DNA of 64,000 bases from Octopus sinensis. Lineage: Eukaryota. The translations under genes and the position numbers were made by a program. The stretch is from the NCBI RefSeq assembly GCF_006345805.1, contig NC_043002.1, positions 46,872,001 through 46,936,000 on the forward strand, in the 5' to 3' direction. This document shows, piece by piece, positions 49,135 to 63,562 of this stretch (its first letter is position 1; every line of letters begins with the position of its first letter). Below the pieces are notes generated by a model, which ran no database searches, was not told where the DNA came from, and worked only from the letters and a program-made list of their open reading frames with translations.

Positions 49135-51059
49135 TTAAATATTCCTCAAGGTTTTGGAGATATTTACAAGAAAATATCTACTAGAGACATCCTGAAAAAT
49201 CTAAAAACCTCATTTTAAAACATAGGTGTAGCAAATTGAAAGGTACTACTAACTAGTGTACAAGAAAATAATATAAATCTACCCAGGCAGATCTCTATGC
49301 ACTAAATAATTAACTAAAGCATACAGCACAATAAAATTACACAAGAAACAGCTGACCAGTTTTTTAGGGGTTTCTGTTCAACAGTTATGCACTATATAGA
49401 TATATTACTTTGTTTAGACAACTGATATCTCTCACTCACAATATTTTTGTTCATATTCTACAGGAAAACAAAAATTCTGATTTTACTCCACAAAGCAGTC
49501 CAACCCATGCTAGCATGGAAAGCAGACATTAAACAATGATGATGATGATGCTGATGATGAAAGCTTACTAATAGTAGTTAAAGAAAGCTTGGAATTATAA
49601 AGTAATTGTGAGAAATGTAACAAGCAAGTCCCCAAACCCAATTTTCAGCGATGATAACAATTCTTACAGAAATAATTAGATAATATAGGTAATATTTCTG
49701 TTTCCTTATATAAATTATTTTTCAGTCACTTTCCACTGTTCTATTCCTTTTATTTAAAACTGGTCTCTCTATATTACTATATTCCTTTTTTTTTTTTTAC
49801 TTTCACTGAAACCATCCAACAGACAGCTAGTGATTGCAGCAGTGGGAAGGCTCTTTTATTTGTTTATCTAACTACTTATAAACTATATTTAGATTACAAA
49901 ATCTCTTCTTTAACTTCCTTTTTGTCCAGGACAAAACAAGTGCAGCTGTAAGACCTAAGACAAACATAGCACACAGCAAGTCAGCATTTGTTGCTATTTC
50001 TGTAGTTCTGAAGATGCTTTCCTTAATAGTAACTATTCTAAAGAAGTAAGGGTGTGTGTATATTTTATTTATATGGATATTACACACTTTATAAATATTA
50101 CAGAAAGATACGCCTGTATTTGTATTTATAGTGTGTGTGTGTGTGTATTCATTCATTCATTCATTGAAAAATGAGACACCAAGTTTTCCATTTCTATAAC
50201 ATTCTTCAAGCCAACTTAACACACAGACATATGTTTACACACACACACACACACACACATTGCTTCCCTCTCTTGTAACTCTAAAATTAGTTTCTTCCTT
50301 ATTACATCTAACTTGACATACATCTTTGATTTTTACAGAACCAGATCTACTGAAGAAATGCTTTTCTACATCAAAAACTAGTGGTTACTAGTAGTGTAGA
50401 ACTTCGGTGAAAGCAATGTTGTTGCACTTCATACCAGTAAAACCTTTTGCTTGAGAACCTCTGAATTAAGTTGACCAGGCACAGGTATGGCTGTGTGGTT
50501 AAGAAGTTTGCACAAGGTTTATGGCTCATTCTCAGTGCATGGCACCTTGGGTAAGTGTCTTCTACTATAACCCCAAACTGACCAAAACCTTGTGAGTAGA
50601 CTTGGTAGATGGAATCTCCTAAAATCCCATCATAAATGCATATGTGTATATATATATATATATATACACACACATACAAGTGTATGTGTGCATGCATAGG
50701 AGGGGATGTTTGTGTTTCCTTGTCTTGATACTGTGTGATAATTGCAAATGAGCATTACTGTCATACAAGCGACTTCTTCCTTGAAAATATTTTTGACCAT
50801 AGGGAAATATTACCTTACTTGGAAACAGGTGAGAATTGGTGACAGGAAGAGTATCTGGTGGTAAAAAAAGTCTGCTTCAATGAATTCCATCTGACTCAAG
50901 TAAGCATGGAAACTTAGACATCAAAACTATGTTGATAAGGATATAGTGATGATGATGATTAAGAGCTCTACGTATATCTTGTTTCTTGGTTCAGAAGTTT
51001 TCTCTCAGCTGCTTCATTGCAGTGTTGCACAGATGGGGCACTATCCTGTCCACATTTAA

Positions 51060-51600
51060 TACACTTTGGTGTTGGAAAGGTTTATCTTCCAAACTCTTCC
51101 TTATGTATATTCATGACCTACTTGGTATTACTGCAAACAAACACCCACTCTCATGCATATGATACTGCTTTTCACCCCTCATGACTTTCTCAACACACAC
51201 GTCATCCACATGAAACTTAGAAACTTAACACCAGGCATGAACTATTTCCTTGCAAAAAGACCTTGAAAACATCATCTACTGATGACACGATAACCTAGTC
51301 TCTATCAACAGAACAAAGGCACACCCACTACATATATTAAAGAAACAGTCTTGCCCTAAATACCCCCTTTACATAAACAACACACTAATAAAACCCTCAA
51401 AATCTTTACAAATGTTACACCTCTGAAAATCTTCTGTAGTGACTTCACATACAGTCATCACTCAAAAGGTTCAAGGCATAATGACATGCATCACAAAATA
51501 AAGATATAATGTTGCAAAGTTTGCTTCCTCCTCTTCAGAACCAGAAATACTTTAGCCTTCATTACAGTACAGCTCATATATTGGAGAAAGTGCCGTTACC
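51060..51600 (+). mobile_element. Decayed CR1/L2 RT fragment
   Basis: LFLMYIHDLL, HSHAYDTAFH (for YADD), LQKDLENI and DNLVSINRTK in shifting frames. Confidence 0.55.
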
Positions 51601-52444
51601 GCAGACCATATTTTAAAATGCTAATTGATTGTTGTTGATGTCTAGCTTCATATCAATTCTGACTGAGCAAATCTATGATCAAACACATTCCGACCTGATT
51701 ACCCTGCCTCTTTGAGGCCATGTAAAGGACTACATTAGCTCATGTTTCTTTTCTAATTTAACACAGTAAGATGTGCTTTGAGAAATATTTAGTCAATATT
51801 TTTAACAGGTTGAGCAACCGTGTAGAGGCTCTCTTATTGGCTTGTTGCTATTTGATCGATTAGCAAAAATTTATTCACTAAAACACAGCATAGGCACATT
51901 TTATTCTCCATGACTCTTTTAGAACTCACATAAAAACCTTTGCACTGTCCCAATCACTTTGGTTACCTATTTCTCTTTCTCTCAGCCCCTCTTTTAACTC
52001 TATCATTCCTTCCCAAAACTTCAAAATGAAGATCAAGCACAACAATGCCACTAGTCAGAGTGAGCTTAATTAGTAATAATAAAAAGATTTAATGTTCAAC
52101 TTCATATTTTCCTAAACAAAATTTCACAACCTAAATACTCACCACCATATCCTATAATTATTCAAGTCTGATAATTAATTAGATCTCTGCAACTTAATTA
52201 CTAATCATTAAAGGATAAGCAATATGCTTCACATCACTTTCCACTCAAACTTGACAAACCTTTCTCTTCAATGTAACAATCTATATTTTGTTGAAGTACA
52301 TAAACTAGCCTTTCGAATATCAAAAGCTATAGTAGTAGATGAAAAACTAACACAGGTAAAAAGCACAATTTAGAGAAAATTTGAAGGAAACTACAAGTTG
52401 TTGAAAAGGTAATCAAAAGAGTTAAATAATTATTGCACAACATA

Positions 52445-53736
52445 TGAGGGGCGTTCAATAAGTAATGCCCCTGACCCACTTCCTATAGCAGTAGAGCAAC
52501 GAAACTTGGCACAGTTATTAGTCTTTTTCTACATAGGAACCACCCAGAGTTACGCATTTCTACCATCGTTTGATGCAGCTCTGGAGACCGTTTTTGTAGA
52601 AGACCCCAGCTTGGTCCTCCAACCTGAACGCGACTTCAGAAATCAAGGCTGCATCATCTGGGAAATGCTTTCCTTTCAAAAACAACTTCATGACTGGGAA
52701 GAGGTGAAAATCAGAGGGTGCAAGGTCAGGAAAGTAGGGGGGATGAGGGAGGAGTTCATAGCCATACGCCTGTGCTTCTGATCTGGCGACAAGCGAGTTG
52801 TGGACCGGAGCGTTGTCCTGCAGGAGGAGGATGCCTTTGCTGATCTTGCCCCGCCTCTTGATTTTGATAACTTCTCTTAATTTCCTCAAAAGTGAAGCAT
52901 AATAGGCTCCTGTAATTGTGGTACCCTTTGCCAGGAAATCTGTCATCACTACTCCGTCCTGGTCCCAGAAGACTGTGAGCATGACCTTGACAGCGGAGGG
53001 CTGCACCCTTGCCTTCTTTGGAGGGGGTGAGTCACGGTGCTTCCACTGCATTAACTGGGCTTTGGTCTCTGGATCATCGTGATGGACCCAGGTTTCATCC
53101 TGTGTAATCAGTCTTTTGAAAAATTTTGACTCATCTTCTTGACACATCTCCAAATTCATCCTCGAGCACTCGACGCGGTCTTGCTTCTAGAAAGGCGTGA
53201 GCAACCTGGGAATCCATCTGGAAGACACCTTTTGCATATGCAAATGGTCATGAATGATAGTTTCCACAGACCCGGTACTAATCTTGACCTCATGGGCTAT
53301 TTGGCGAATAATTATGCGTCGATCTTCCAAAATGGCAGCCTCAACTTGTCGGGCAGATGCCTCATCAATGGCAGAAGGGGGTGACCAGATCTGGGAGCTG
53401 TTTCCACAGAGTTCCGACCATGTTTGAATTCACGATCCCAGCGTTTTACAAGGTCATATGATGGGACATCATCACCATAAGTTACTTTCATTTCATCAAA
53501 AGTCTCCCGTGGTGTGCATCCTTTCAAATACAAAAACCGGATCACTGCTCGACACTCAACAGGCTCCATTTCACACTTGACTCAGTTCAAACACCTGTAA
53601 ATCAGAAACCACAATTAGTTCAGAGCTGTAATTTGTCACTTACTCTATAGAGATATAAATGATTGCACATGCAAAATTTCAGCTAGATCAAACAACTGCA
53701 AATGGGTCAGAGGCATTACTTATTGAACGTCCCTCG
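52445..53736 (-). mobile_element. Full-length mariner transposon (1292 bp), irritans/Himar1-like
   Basis: 34-bp TIRs, 31/34 identical. TA duplications at 52443-52444 and 53737-53738. Confidence 0.96.
52518..53569 (-). pseudogene. Mariner DD34D transposase, one frameshift and two premature TAG
   Basis: WIPRLL, TQDETWVH, QDNAPVH and PPYFPDLAPSD (34 residues D to D). 1-bp loss in the C-run at 53377-53381. TAG at 53189-53187 and 52562-52560. Native stop at 52520-52518. Confidence 0.93.
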
Positions 53737-55667
53737 TACAGCCTATAATCTCTCAATTGTCTTGAGAGGCAAGCAAATCTCTTTCCACTAATTTTGCTGA
53801 ATTTTCAACCATATCAATTGTCGCCAGAGTAATTTTTTTACCAGATGTTTAAAATATGATATATCATTTCAGAAATACCCTTGGCCTTTATTTTAATGTA
53901 ATTATGTGTACTTCCTTCTTGTGAACCTGCACCAGTGAGTCTATATTTAGGGAAGCTTATGGCTTCTTTCATAAAATAATGTTATTGATAGGATTGTGCG
54001 TGTTAGTCATAGAAGTTTCTTGGCTCATCCTGATATTCCAGTGCAACTCAATTTTGATGAAAATTAAAGAAAAAAAATCAATGCAAAAATCATTAGTCAT
54101 GTGGGAACAAATGTAGATTCAGGCCAAACAATAATGAAAATATTTGTTGATTACTAAGAAAGAATACATTGTACTGATGAGGTCAGCCAACTAGTCTTCA
54201 TCCTATCTATCACAGCTATCAGTTCCCTTTCATTAGGTTTCATATGATCACAAAGAGAATTATACCTTGCCATTTGCCTTCTTTGTATGCATAATAACCA
54301 GTAGTTTTATAATGAAAGTAAGTGGTCTAAATGACAGTAACTGACTGAATAAATAATAACATTTACAAAGCATTTCAAATCAGAGACATAGAAATTGGAC
54401 AGGAACACTATTAAGAAATAATTTTAAATCAAGTAGTGTATTTTGTATTAAAGAATGGCAATTGATTTGACAGATTCTGAAAATTATAAAATAAAAATAA
54501 CCAATTCATCCATCTACTTGTATTATTATACTTTTATTACACTTGTATGTTATCAACTAAATGTTTGGTGAAGCATCAGTACATAACATGAGACAGTTTA
54601 ATATTGTGCAAGAAAGGCTAATCAGTACACTAAGGCCCTGTGTAGATGGCTTTTGAATGTTGAAGAAGATCTGAAAAATAACATTAGTTGAGCTAATAAA
54701 ATTTTGTATGTAGAACCTTGAAACTTTAAGAAAAGGTTTAATTGTCTACCAACTCCTAGAAAACTTTATAAAAACTTTATGTTAGATTTACTAATGACAC
54801 AAAATAATATTTTTTTTATCATTTATTCAGTTGGGGAGGACAGAGTTCATAATTATTTCCAGAACTTCTGAGACTAGTGAGAGGAAGAAAATTATCCTCA
54901 GACCAGAGAACAGGCCTTTGAATGCTTACACCATAGTTGACTCTGCTAAAAGCACCCAAACGTCAGATGCTAGTGTTTAATTGGGCAACAGACTAAGCTT
55001 ACTATCGAATTCAAAGTTTATTAATGCATTGACAAAAATATAACCTCACAATGTTGTTGTTGGTTAGCCCAGGTCATTTCTGAACTGACCAACCAAACCT
55101 ATGATCAAAAACCTTGACTATTTTCTCATTTTTTGCTTAAGTGTATCTAGGGCAGCATTATCCAGTCTATCTTCTTTGTTATTGTTATTTAATGCCAGGT
55201 AAAATAACTCTAGGAATTTAGATTAACATGGATGTTCAATGGGATGTTTTAACTGAGATCACTTTTAAACTGGAATTTGTAACATAGAAGTAGGAACAGT
55301 CCAAGGTGGGTTGGTATCAAATGGGTTAAACACTAGATCTACTTCAATCTATATTGTCAATATTGTTCAAAATTTTCAGTCAGCTGATCATATTGGAGTT
55401 GTTTTTAGCTGTATTGTTTTCCCCAGAGGAAATTTTGTTTCCTAATTGCTTGAATAATCTCAACTGACCGAAGATTTTCAGCTCACTATATAGCATATGT
55501 TAGACCTTATCACATTAATGTTTAGTATGCAGACCACCCTCACTGAAATATTCTACCCATGCAGCCATATTGTTTATTCTATAGATAAAATGAATTTAGT
55601 GACATGGCTAGAATATCAAGCACAAGTATGGTTGTGTGATTATGAAGTTTGGTCCCAATGCATGTCT

Positions 55668-55880
55668 TTTAAACTGGCTGTATCCAGCCAAAATATCCTA
55701 CCAGTTTGTATGTTCAAACCAACCAGATCTGACATCTCACAACAACATTACAATATCACTCTAAAAAAATAAACACACACATCATTGAAATCTCAAAGAC
55801 GTGAGATAATGCATGGTTAATTCAAAACAATGTGTATAAATAAGCATAACATTTGACAAATTAGTCTGAACGTTAGAGGG
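55668..55880. mobile_element. piggyBac-like MITE family 1, left end lost
   Basis: Collinear with 8654-8873. Ends AACGTTAGAGGG|TTAA. Confidence 0.7.
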
Positions 55881-57775
55881 TTAATGTATGTGTATCCTAT
55901 TGAATGAAGTGTTTCGATAATGAGATTCACTATTCATTAGCTAAGGTGTATCCAGTTCATTTAATACATGAAATATACTTGGTTTGTTTTTCATTAGGTG
56001 TGGTGTCGTCTATATTGGCTTTATTCTTGTCTTGATATATAATATCCAGCTTTTTACTTTAATTAATGTTTGTCTTATTCTATTAATGTGTATTAGGAAT
56101 ACATTTTGTGGCAGAGAATCATAAACTAGCATTAATAATATATTAGAAAAACAAGAGTTTAGTGTTCTGCAGGGTTCACAAATGATGTTTGTCGACATCA
56201 ACGTACAGTTATAACATGGTGTCAGAAGTGAGATCAGTAAGTTGTTGTAAAGAACGAATAGAAGAAATTTTATCTTGATCTGGTTTTACTTGTTCTTTGA
56301 ATACTAAACTGTTGTATTCTCAAGATTGAAGTAGTAAACCCATTTCATTAATGCACATTACCTATTATGTGCTTATGTATATCTTGTACAACATGTGTAA
56401 GAGAGGATAATTCTCATTACATTTTCACCGACAATAAACCACAAGTCTTTCAGAATAAACTACAGCTGACTGGTGTCTGCTTTAATGCATATGAGAGAGT
56501 TGTTAACTGTACAAGTACCACACTTTCTCATAAGATAGTTATGCTTCTACAAGTAAACATTGCAACACTTTATATTACACAACATTAAGCTAGATATAAA
56601 AAAAAATACACAGTTGATAATCTATGGTGTAAAAAAATTAAAACTCCCAAATCTCCGAAATCCAACAGTTTTTTAGTGAGGGGAGCAACAGTGTAAGTGG
56701 AGAAAGTGGTCAATAACCCAGATCATGTACATTTGCTGGGATGAGTGAGGAGGGGGACCAGAAAGAAGCAAGAGTAAAATGGAAAAGGCAGGATTATTTA
56801 GGAAGGAGTTGGAAGGTGAGTGATTAGTAGAAGTAGAGGTGGACAAAGGTAAGGGTAGGTAATGAGATGAAGGCAGGAATAGGTGACAGGTGGTAATAAA
56901 GTGATTGGCAAAAGTAGAAGTGGACAAAGGCAAAGGTGAAGTATAAGTACAGATCTCATTCAAGGCTCTGAAGACTTATTCTTGTGATTCAAGAGTGTTC
57001 GATTGTACAATTTGTTTTCTCAAAGTATGTTAAAATAAACTTAATCTTTCAGGATATAAATGCTATCAGTTGAGACAAGGACCAATGAAGTGAACAAATT
57101 AGCCAGTACAGAGTATGCAATATATTTTACATAACAGAAGAAGGTGTCATAGAAGAGGACTTGCAGAGCCACCTTGAAATGATAGAGAAACATCCTGTTA
57201 TAGTGACTAATCAATGCTATGCTAGTGTAGTTTGAATGCTCTAGATATCTAATTTCAGTTAAAAAGATTAAAGCTGCAAAAATTGACTGCCATTCTAATA
57301 GATATAATATGACACTGGCATATTCTATTGTAATATTGTGACTTTCTGCTTGAAAAATAGGTCTTGCTACAACAGTAATAATAATATAAGTAACTGGAAA
57401 TATCAAATGAAAAATTCAAAATGCCCCAACAATATCTGAAATCTTGATAATTTAGAAATTTGTTAGCAGACTAAACTACTTCACATTAAGATATGAAGTC
57501 TTATCGATGTTTAAGAAATTTCGCAGCTATTTTGGTTGTTGATAAGAATACTGTGTATTACTTCCTTATCTGCGTGGGACAGAATATTTGTATGCAAGGT
57601 TTGCTTGTATGTGCACACACACACACAGTGATGTTTATAGACCTAAATATATGTATGTGCATAAATGCACACACAGTAAACACATATTACACACACACAA
57701 ACTGTCACACTAATACACATACATATACAATAGGGTGACAATCTAAAACAACAGAATACTTATAAACATTAACAT

Positions 57776-58202
57776 CTACTCTTTTACTCTCTTTTACTCT
57801 TTTACTTGTTTCAGTCATTTGACTGCGGCCATGCTGGAGCACCACCTTTAATTGAGCAACTCGACACCGGGACTTATTCTTTTGTAAGCCCGGTACTTAT
57901 TCTATCGGTCTCTTTTGCCGAACCGCTAAGTAACGGGGACATAAACACACCGGCATCAGTTGTCAAGCAATGCTAGGGGGACAAACACAGATGCACAAAC
58001 ACACACACGCATATATATATATATATATATACATATATACGACGGGCTTCTTTCAGTTTCCGTCTACCAAATCCACTCACAAGGCTTTGGTCGGCCCGAG
58101 ACTATAGTAGAAGACACTTGCCCAAGGTGCCACGCAGTGGGACTGAACCCGGAACCATGTGGTTAGTAAACAAGCTACTTACCACACAGCCACTCCTGCG
58201 CC
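57776..58202 (-). mobile_element. SINE family A, young full-length copy
   Basis: CpG-rich. Intact head GGCGCAGGAGTGGCTGTGTGG and (AAAAGAGT)n tail. Confidence 0.93.
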
Positions 58203-59784
58203 TATGCAAATGTATTTAATTTTTTTTTTAATATTTCATGTACAATTGATCAAAGATACAGTGGGGTCACTTTATATGAGCATAATTCACTCCAGAGCCC
58301 TGTCTGTTAACCAAATTGTTTGTTAGATTTCCAGCATGGAAAACGAACGTTAATGTTGATGATGAAGAGGAGGGGGAGCTCACTGGTCAAATTTCAGCAC
58401 ATTATCAGAGTTTTGTTTCCTTCAGAAATACTCTTCATTATTCAATATGTTTGTTTAAAGAACTTTTTGTATATGGGTGCCCCATTTTATTTACCAAGAG
58501 GTATATAAGAGAAAAATAAGAAGTTGTAGCATTTACATATACTCCATTGGCAAAAGTGGAAATAGTAAATCAGATATGAGTTACAGATTCAGTTAGCCAG
58601 GAGTTTTATACCCCTAAGAAATAAATTGCTATGCAAGTAAATGACATGCCCACAGTTGACTATCATCATTATCATTTTAACATCCACTTTTCTAAGCTCA
58701 CATATATTGGGTGGAATTTGTTGAGGTAGATTTTCTATGGTCAGAAGTCCTTGCTGTTGCTAACCCTCACACGTTTCCAAGTAAGGTAATATTATCCCAT
58801 GAACTGACATGTTTCCATGGAAGATTGGGAATGAAGAACAAAACATATGGATAGTGGGCTCTCATTAACAACTATTATGTGAAAGGAAGGGAAGGAGTCA
58901 GTAATGTACACATACATATATACATATATATACACACACATGCATGCGATGGGTTTCTTTCAGTTTCCATCAGCCAAATCCACTCACAAGGCTTTGGTCA
59001 GTCGAGGGCGCTTGCCCAAGATGCCACTATGTAGTGGGATTGAACTCAAAATCATGTGATTGGGAAGCAAACTTCTTACCACACAACTATGTCTGCACTT
59101 ATACACAAGTTCAGCTTCAGAAGGATTTTAAAAGATTATTTATGACTTAGTCACAAAATGAAGAGCATCATACATGATCTTTTTTGAAGGACTTTGAATA
59201 TAACACAGAGGGAGAAATAAATTACAACTTGTGAACTATCCAGACAGGGCACCTGGTTAGAATGTTTGAAACAGAGTGGATTTTGCTAAAGGTACCCAAG
59301 CAAGAGCAAGGTGGTACTTTTAAACTGGGCAACATATTAAGTCTACCATCCAACAACAGGTATAGTCAATCAAATGGGTCTCTGTACAATTTCAGTCTTA
59401 GTTTTATTCACAAGGCATGGCTCATTCCAAAGATATAGCAGTAAACTACTTGCTAAATGAGTCATGCAATAGGATCAAACCAGAATCCATAGAATTGCCA
59501 AGCAAACTTCTTAGTCACACAGCTGTGTCTGCACCCATACAAAAGTGACAGGATATATAAAACTGTATCAGTTACTCTACACATAACATCCCAGGTCATC
59601 TGAACCATCAATTTATGTATCACTGCTGCCACCACCACCACCACCATAGCCCAATTTGGTTAATATAGCAGCTTCTTTAACTCTGACTAATTCCTACTTT
59701 TTTCTCAAAGACTGTCATATTTAAGGACCAAAACACATTTTTTTTACTGTATTTTTAAAATATACGCAATTCAAACATCTATAA

Positions 59785-60290
59785 CAATGGTTCTCAACAA
59801 CTTTTCCTATGGACCCCTTTAATTTCTATTTTACTTGGGTTGATCCCCATAGTCATTCAATCTTCAAAAAAATCCTATTGTATTTTTATCATTAAATATT
59901 TATTTCTTTATTGCCCACAGAGGATTAAACATAGAGGGGACAGACAAGGACAGACAAAGGGATTAAGTTGATTACATCAACCCCAGTGTGTAACTGGTAC
60001 TTATTTAATCGACCCCGAAAGGATAAAAGGTAAGGTTGACCTTGGCAGAATTTGAACTCAGAATGTGACGGCAGATGAAATACCACTAGGCATTTCGCCC
60101 GGTGTGCTAACAATTCTGCCAGCTCACCGCCCTTTAATCATTAACTATTATTAAGAATTGTATTCACAAAATTGTTAAAATATGTTGTGTATTGTAGAAG
60201 TATAAACAATGTATTGCACATAAATTTTAATGACAAAATCTTATATGGATTCCATCCCAGAGTTATATGGATCCTGGTTGAAAACCACTA
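59785..60290. mobile_element. hAT (Charlie-type) MITE containing a nested SINE C (59901-60136)
   Basis: TIRs CAATGGTTCTCAAC / GTTGAAAACCACTA (11/14). Flanks ATCTATAA / ATCTAAAT (6/8). The nested SINE has a 13-bp TSD ATCATTAA.TATT (12/13). Confidence 0.7.
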
Positions 60291-61779
60291 ATCTAAATGT
60301 TGACATAACTATAGAACTAAAACACTATATTAGTGCATAGCTCAGTTATTAAGTGTGTGTGTGTGTGTGTAGGAGAGCAGATTTGAGGCTGAGTTGATGT
60401 GGATAGAAAATAGTTTGTTTCTGTTTAAAGATATGGAACCAACCACAGATGCCATATTCCTGGTAATAAATATTGCAGTGATAAGTAACATAGAACATTT
60501 TGTTGACCTAGAGGAAGCCTTTAACAAGGCTCAGTGGACAACTGTATTAAAGTGAATATTTACAGAGAATAGAAACCGAATGCTAAATGAAGAATTGCTG
60601 TGAATAGATGTAGAACAAGGAAGACTTGGTTGAGAGAATTATAGAGAGAGAGGGCAAGGCACTTGAAAAAGTAACTACATTGCAAAACTGTATTACTGTC
60701 CTTTCACCTTAGATCTTTAACGCCAACCTCTCATCTACTATTGCCCATTTTGCCCATCTCCTTTATCACTCTTAACTCTAATCTCCCCACCACCAGTGCT
60801 GTTCACACCATCTTCATCACCCTGCTCATTTGCCCTACAATGCCAGCATGCAAAATAAACATGATGATGATGATGAGGAGGAGGAGGAGGAAGCAGAAGA
60901 GGAGGATAAGGGTGATGAGTACGGTAACCTAAACTTGAAAAATAGCATTCATTTAAAATATTCTACACAATTTTAAGTGCTACATATAAAAGAAAGATAA
61001 CAATGAAGTAACTTAAATTGGAAACAGAGTTGCATATCAAATAAACAATCATTTGTTTGTATCCATGGTCTCTTGTATTATGCCAGAAGTATCTTACAAA
61101 GAAATGCTTTATCAAATGTTCTAAATAAGCATTAAAGGAAGCTACAATGAAAAGGATAGTAGAGAAGTATGATTAATATAAGACACATAGTTTTTTGTTT
61201 GATAATAACCTCCAAAAGCTAGTAATCTTTTCAATCTTCTACACCTGCTTGTATATACACCCTCTATCTCGCTACTTTTTCTCCTTCCACTTCTTATTTG
61301 TAAACTTACAAATATAGGTGAATATTAAATGTGTGAGAAAAAGAAGAGTAAAAGAAATGGTTGGGAGATGATAAAAACTTAACTTTTGCCATACAACAAT
61401 GATGACAGACATGAGTAAGTTGCTGTTGAAAACTAATTCACAATGTAGTATTCAGATGATAAGAATGTATGTACTATTACTTTCAATTAAAAAAATTTTT
61501 GCGCATTCAGATTTTTTTATATGATAGTCTTACATCAATTTCTATTAACCGTGCCAATATGGGCAGGGTAATTTCTACAAATTCCAATATTTGCATAATT
61601 GTTATTTGAAAAAGACAACAACAGAGCACTCATATCCCACTCCTATCATTAACCACTCAGTCAAGACAGAATGGAATCTGCCCGCATTGTTAGTCTGGCA
61701 ATCTGGTTATTACCTTGTTCTCAAAGGCATGAAAGAATGGCACCTGGGAAAAATAAAATACTTTCCTTAATATTTTTAA

Positions 61780-62195
61780 GCATGCATGGAAATGTGGTTA
61801 AGAAGCTCACTTTACAACCATGTGGTTTTGGATCCAGTCCCACAGCACAGCACCTTGGGCAAGTGTACTACTCTACAGTAAACCCCAGGCCAGCCAGTGA
61901 TTTGTAAGTGAATTTGGTAGATGGAATCTGTAAGGAAGTTGTTATTGTTGTTGTTGGTGTGTGTGTGTGTGTGTGTGTGCGCATGCGTCCGCATGTGTGT
62001 CATTGTGCTTGTCCTCCACCACTGCTTGTCAACTAGTGCTGGCTTGTTTAGGTCTTCATAATGTAGCAGTTCAGCAAAAGAGGACAATGGAATAAGTACC
62101 AACTTAAAAATAAGTACTGGGGCCAATTTGTTCAGCTATACACTTCGAGGTGGTGCTCTAGCATGGCCACAGTCCAATGACTGAAACAAGTAGGA
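61780..62195 (+). mobile_element. SINE family A, diverged
   Basis: Head, CORE-like segment and CAGCATGGCCACAGTCCAATGACTGAAAC-type tail. Confidence 0.75.
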
Positions 62196-63353
62196 AAAAC
62201 AGAAAAGGACTTCAATAATTTTATGAATAGGGGGACATTTTTTAAAAATGCTTTTTGATTTATTCTAGAATTTTGGAATTTTTCTAAAATATGAAGCCAG
62301 AAAGGAAATGGTGATATACAAAGCAAAAGTATGAAAGTTTTGAACTAAGACTTACAAATAAAGTACAAAATAAATAACATATGGCTGCAGCCTCCCGGCT
62401 TGTCAGTTCTCAGTCAAACTGTCCAACCCATGCCAACATGGAAAGCAGATGTTAAATGACAATGATGATGAAAGAAGCTCACTTCCCAGCCATGTGGTTT
62501 CAAGTTCAGAATCAATGTCTTCTGTTTTGCGTGTGTGTGTATATGGGTGATTGTTCTTGTTATGACATTGCAGGATGGTTGCAAACAAGAATCATTGTCA
62601 TACAAGCAATATCATTCATTTTCAATCTTCCATGAAAAACATACCCGACAATGGGAAAATATTAACCATGCATGGAAACAGGAAAGGGTTGGTGACAGAA
62701 AGGGCATCAGGCCACAGAAAATCTGTTTCAACATCTGATCCATGTAAGCATGTTAAAACAAAATGATAAATAAGTAAAACAATAATTTTTAACATGGTTG
62801 TTGCAAATTTTGAAAGGAAGAATGGCTGATTAAACTGACACCAATACTTGACTAGTACTTATTTTATCAACCTACCAAGATAACAGGCAAAGCTGGCCCT
62901 GGTGGGATTTTGTTTCGGGTCATCAAAAAGTGTGACTAAATACAACAAAGACTTAATTATCCAGCAATCTACTGATTGTACTATTCCACTATCTTAAAAT
63001 GAAAACGTTAACATTTTCTTGTAGATCACAGAAAACAGAGGTGAGGTGAAGAGGGAGCCTGCTTGAAATAACTGCCAAATTTCCCATAAATTACGCCTCA
63101 GCTTCTTGAAGTGAGGGTTCACTGGATAATGTGGTTCTAGAAATGCAATGTTTGAGAGAAGTATAGGATGCCATAGCTTGACTACTTTTGGTCAAAGTTC
63201 TGGTCAATCTGGGCTGATTTAGAACTAAACAACAACAATTGTTTTAATTGTGATTTTGTTAATTTGTTTCATTTGTTAAATTTGTATATGGTGGCTGATA
63301 GTTCAGGAGTAATTGGCTCAAAAGAATGAAAGAACTAAGAATTAAGAGAATTA

Positions 63354-63562
63354 AGGTGGCGAGCTGGCAGAAATGTTAGCATGCTGGTCGAAATGCTTAG
63401 CGGTATTTCGTCTGCCATTATGTTCTGAGTTCAAATTCTGCCGAGGTTGACTTTGCTTTTCATCCTTTCAGGGTCGATAAATTAAGTACCAGTTATGCAC
63501 CTTTGGCTGTCCTTGTTTGTCCTCTCTATGTTTAGCCCCTTGTGGGCAATAAAGAAATAAGA
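63354..63562 (+). mobile_element. SINE family C with about 35-bp internal deletion
   Basis: Collinear with 19751-19984 but lacks the TGGGGTCGAT...GGATTAAG segment. Confidence 0.8.

Noticed and set aside
57041-57406. 121-aa hydrophobic ORF as a standalone membrane-protein gene
   Set aside because: Non-ATG start, no recognisable family. An ORF this long is roughly expected once per window in AT-rich DNA, which is biased to hydrophobic codons. Kept only as part of a low-interest finding.
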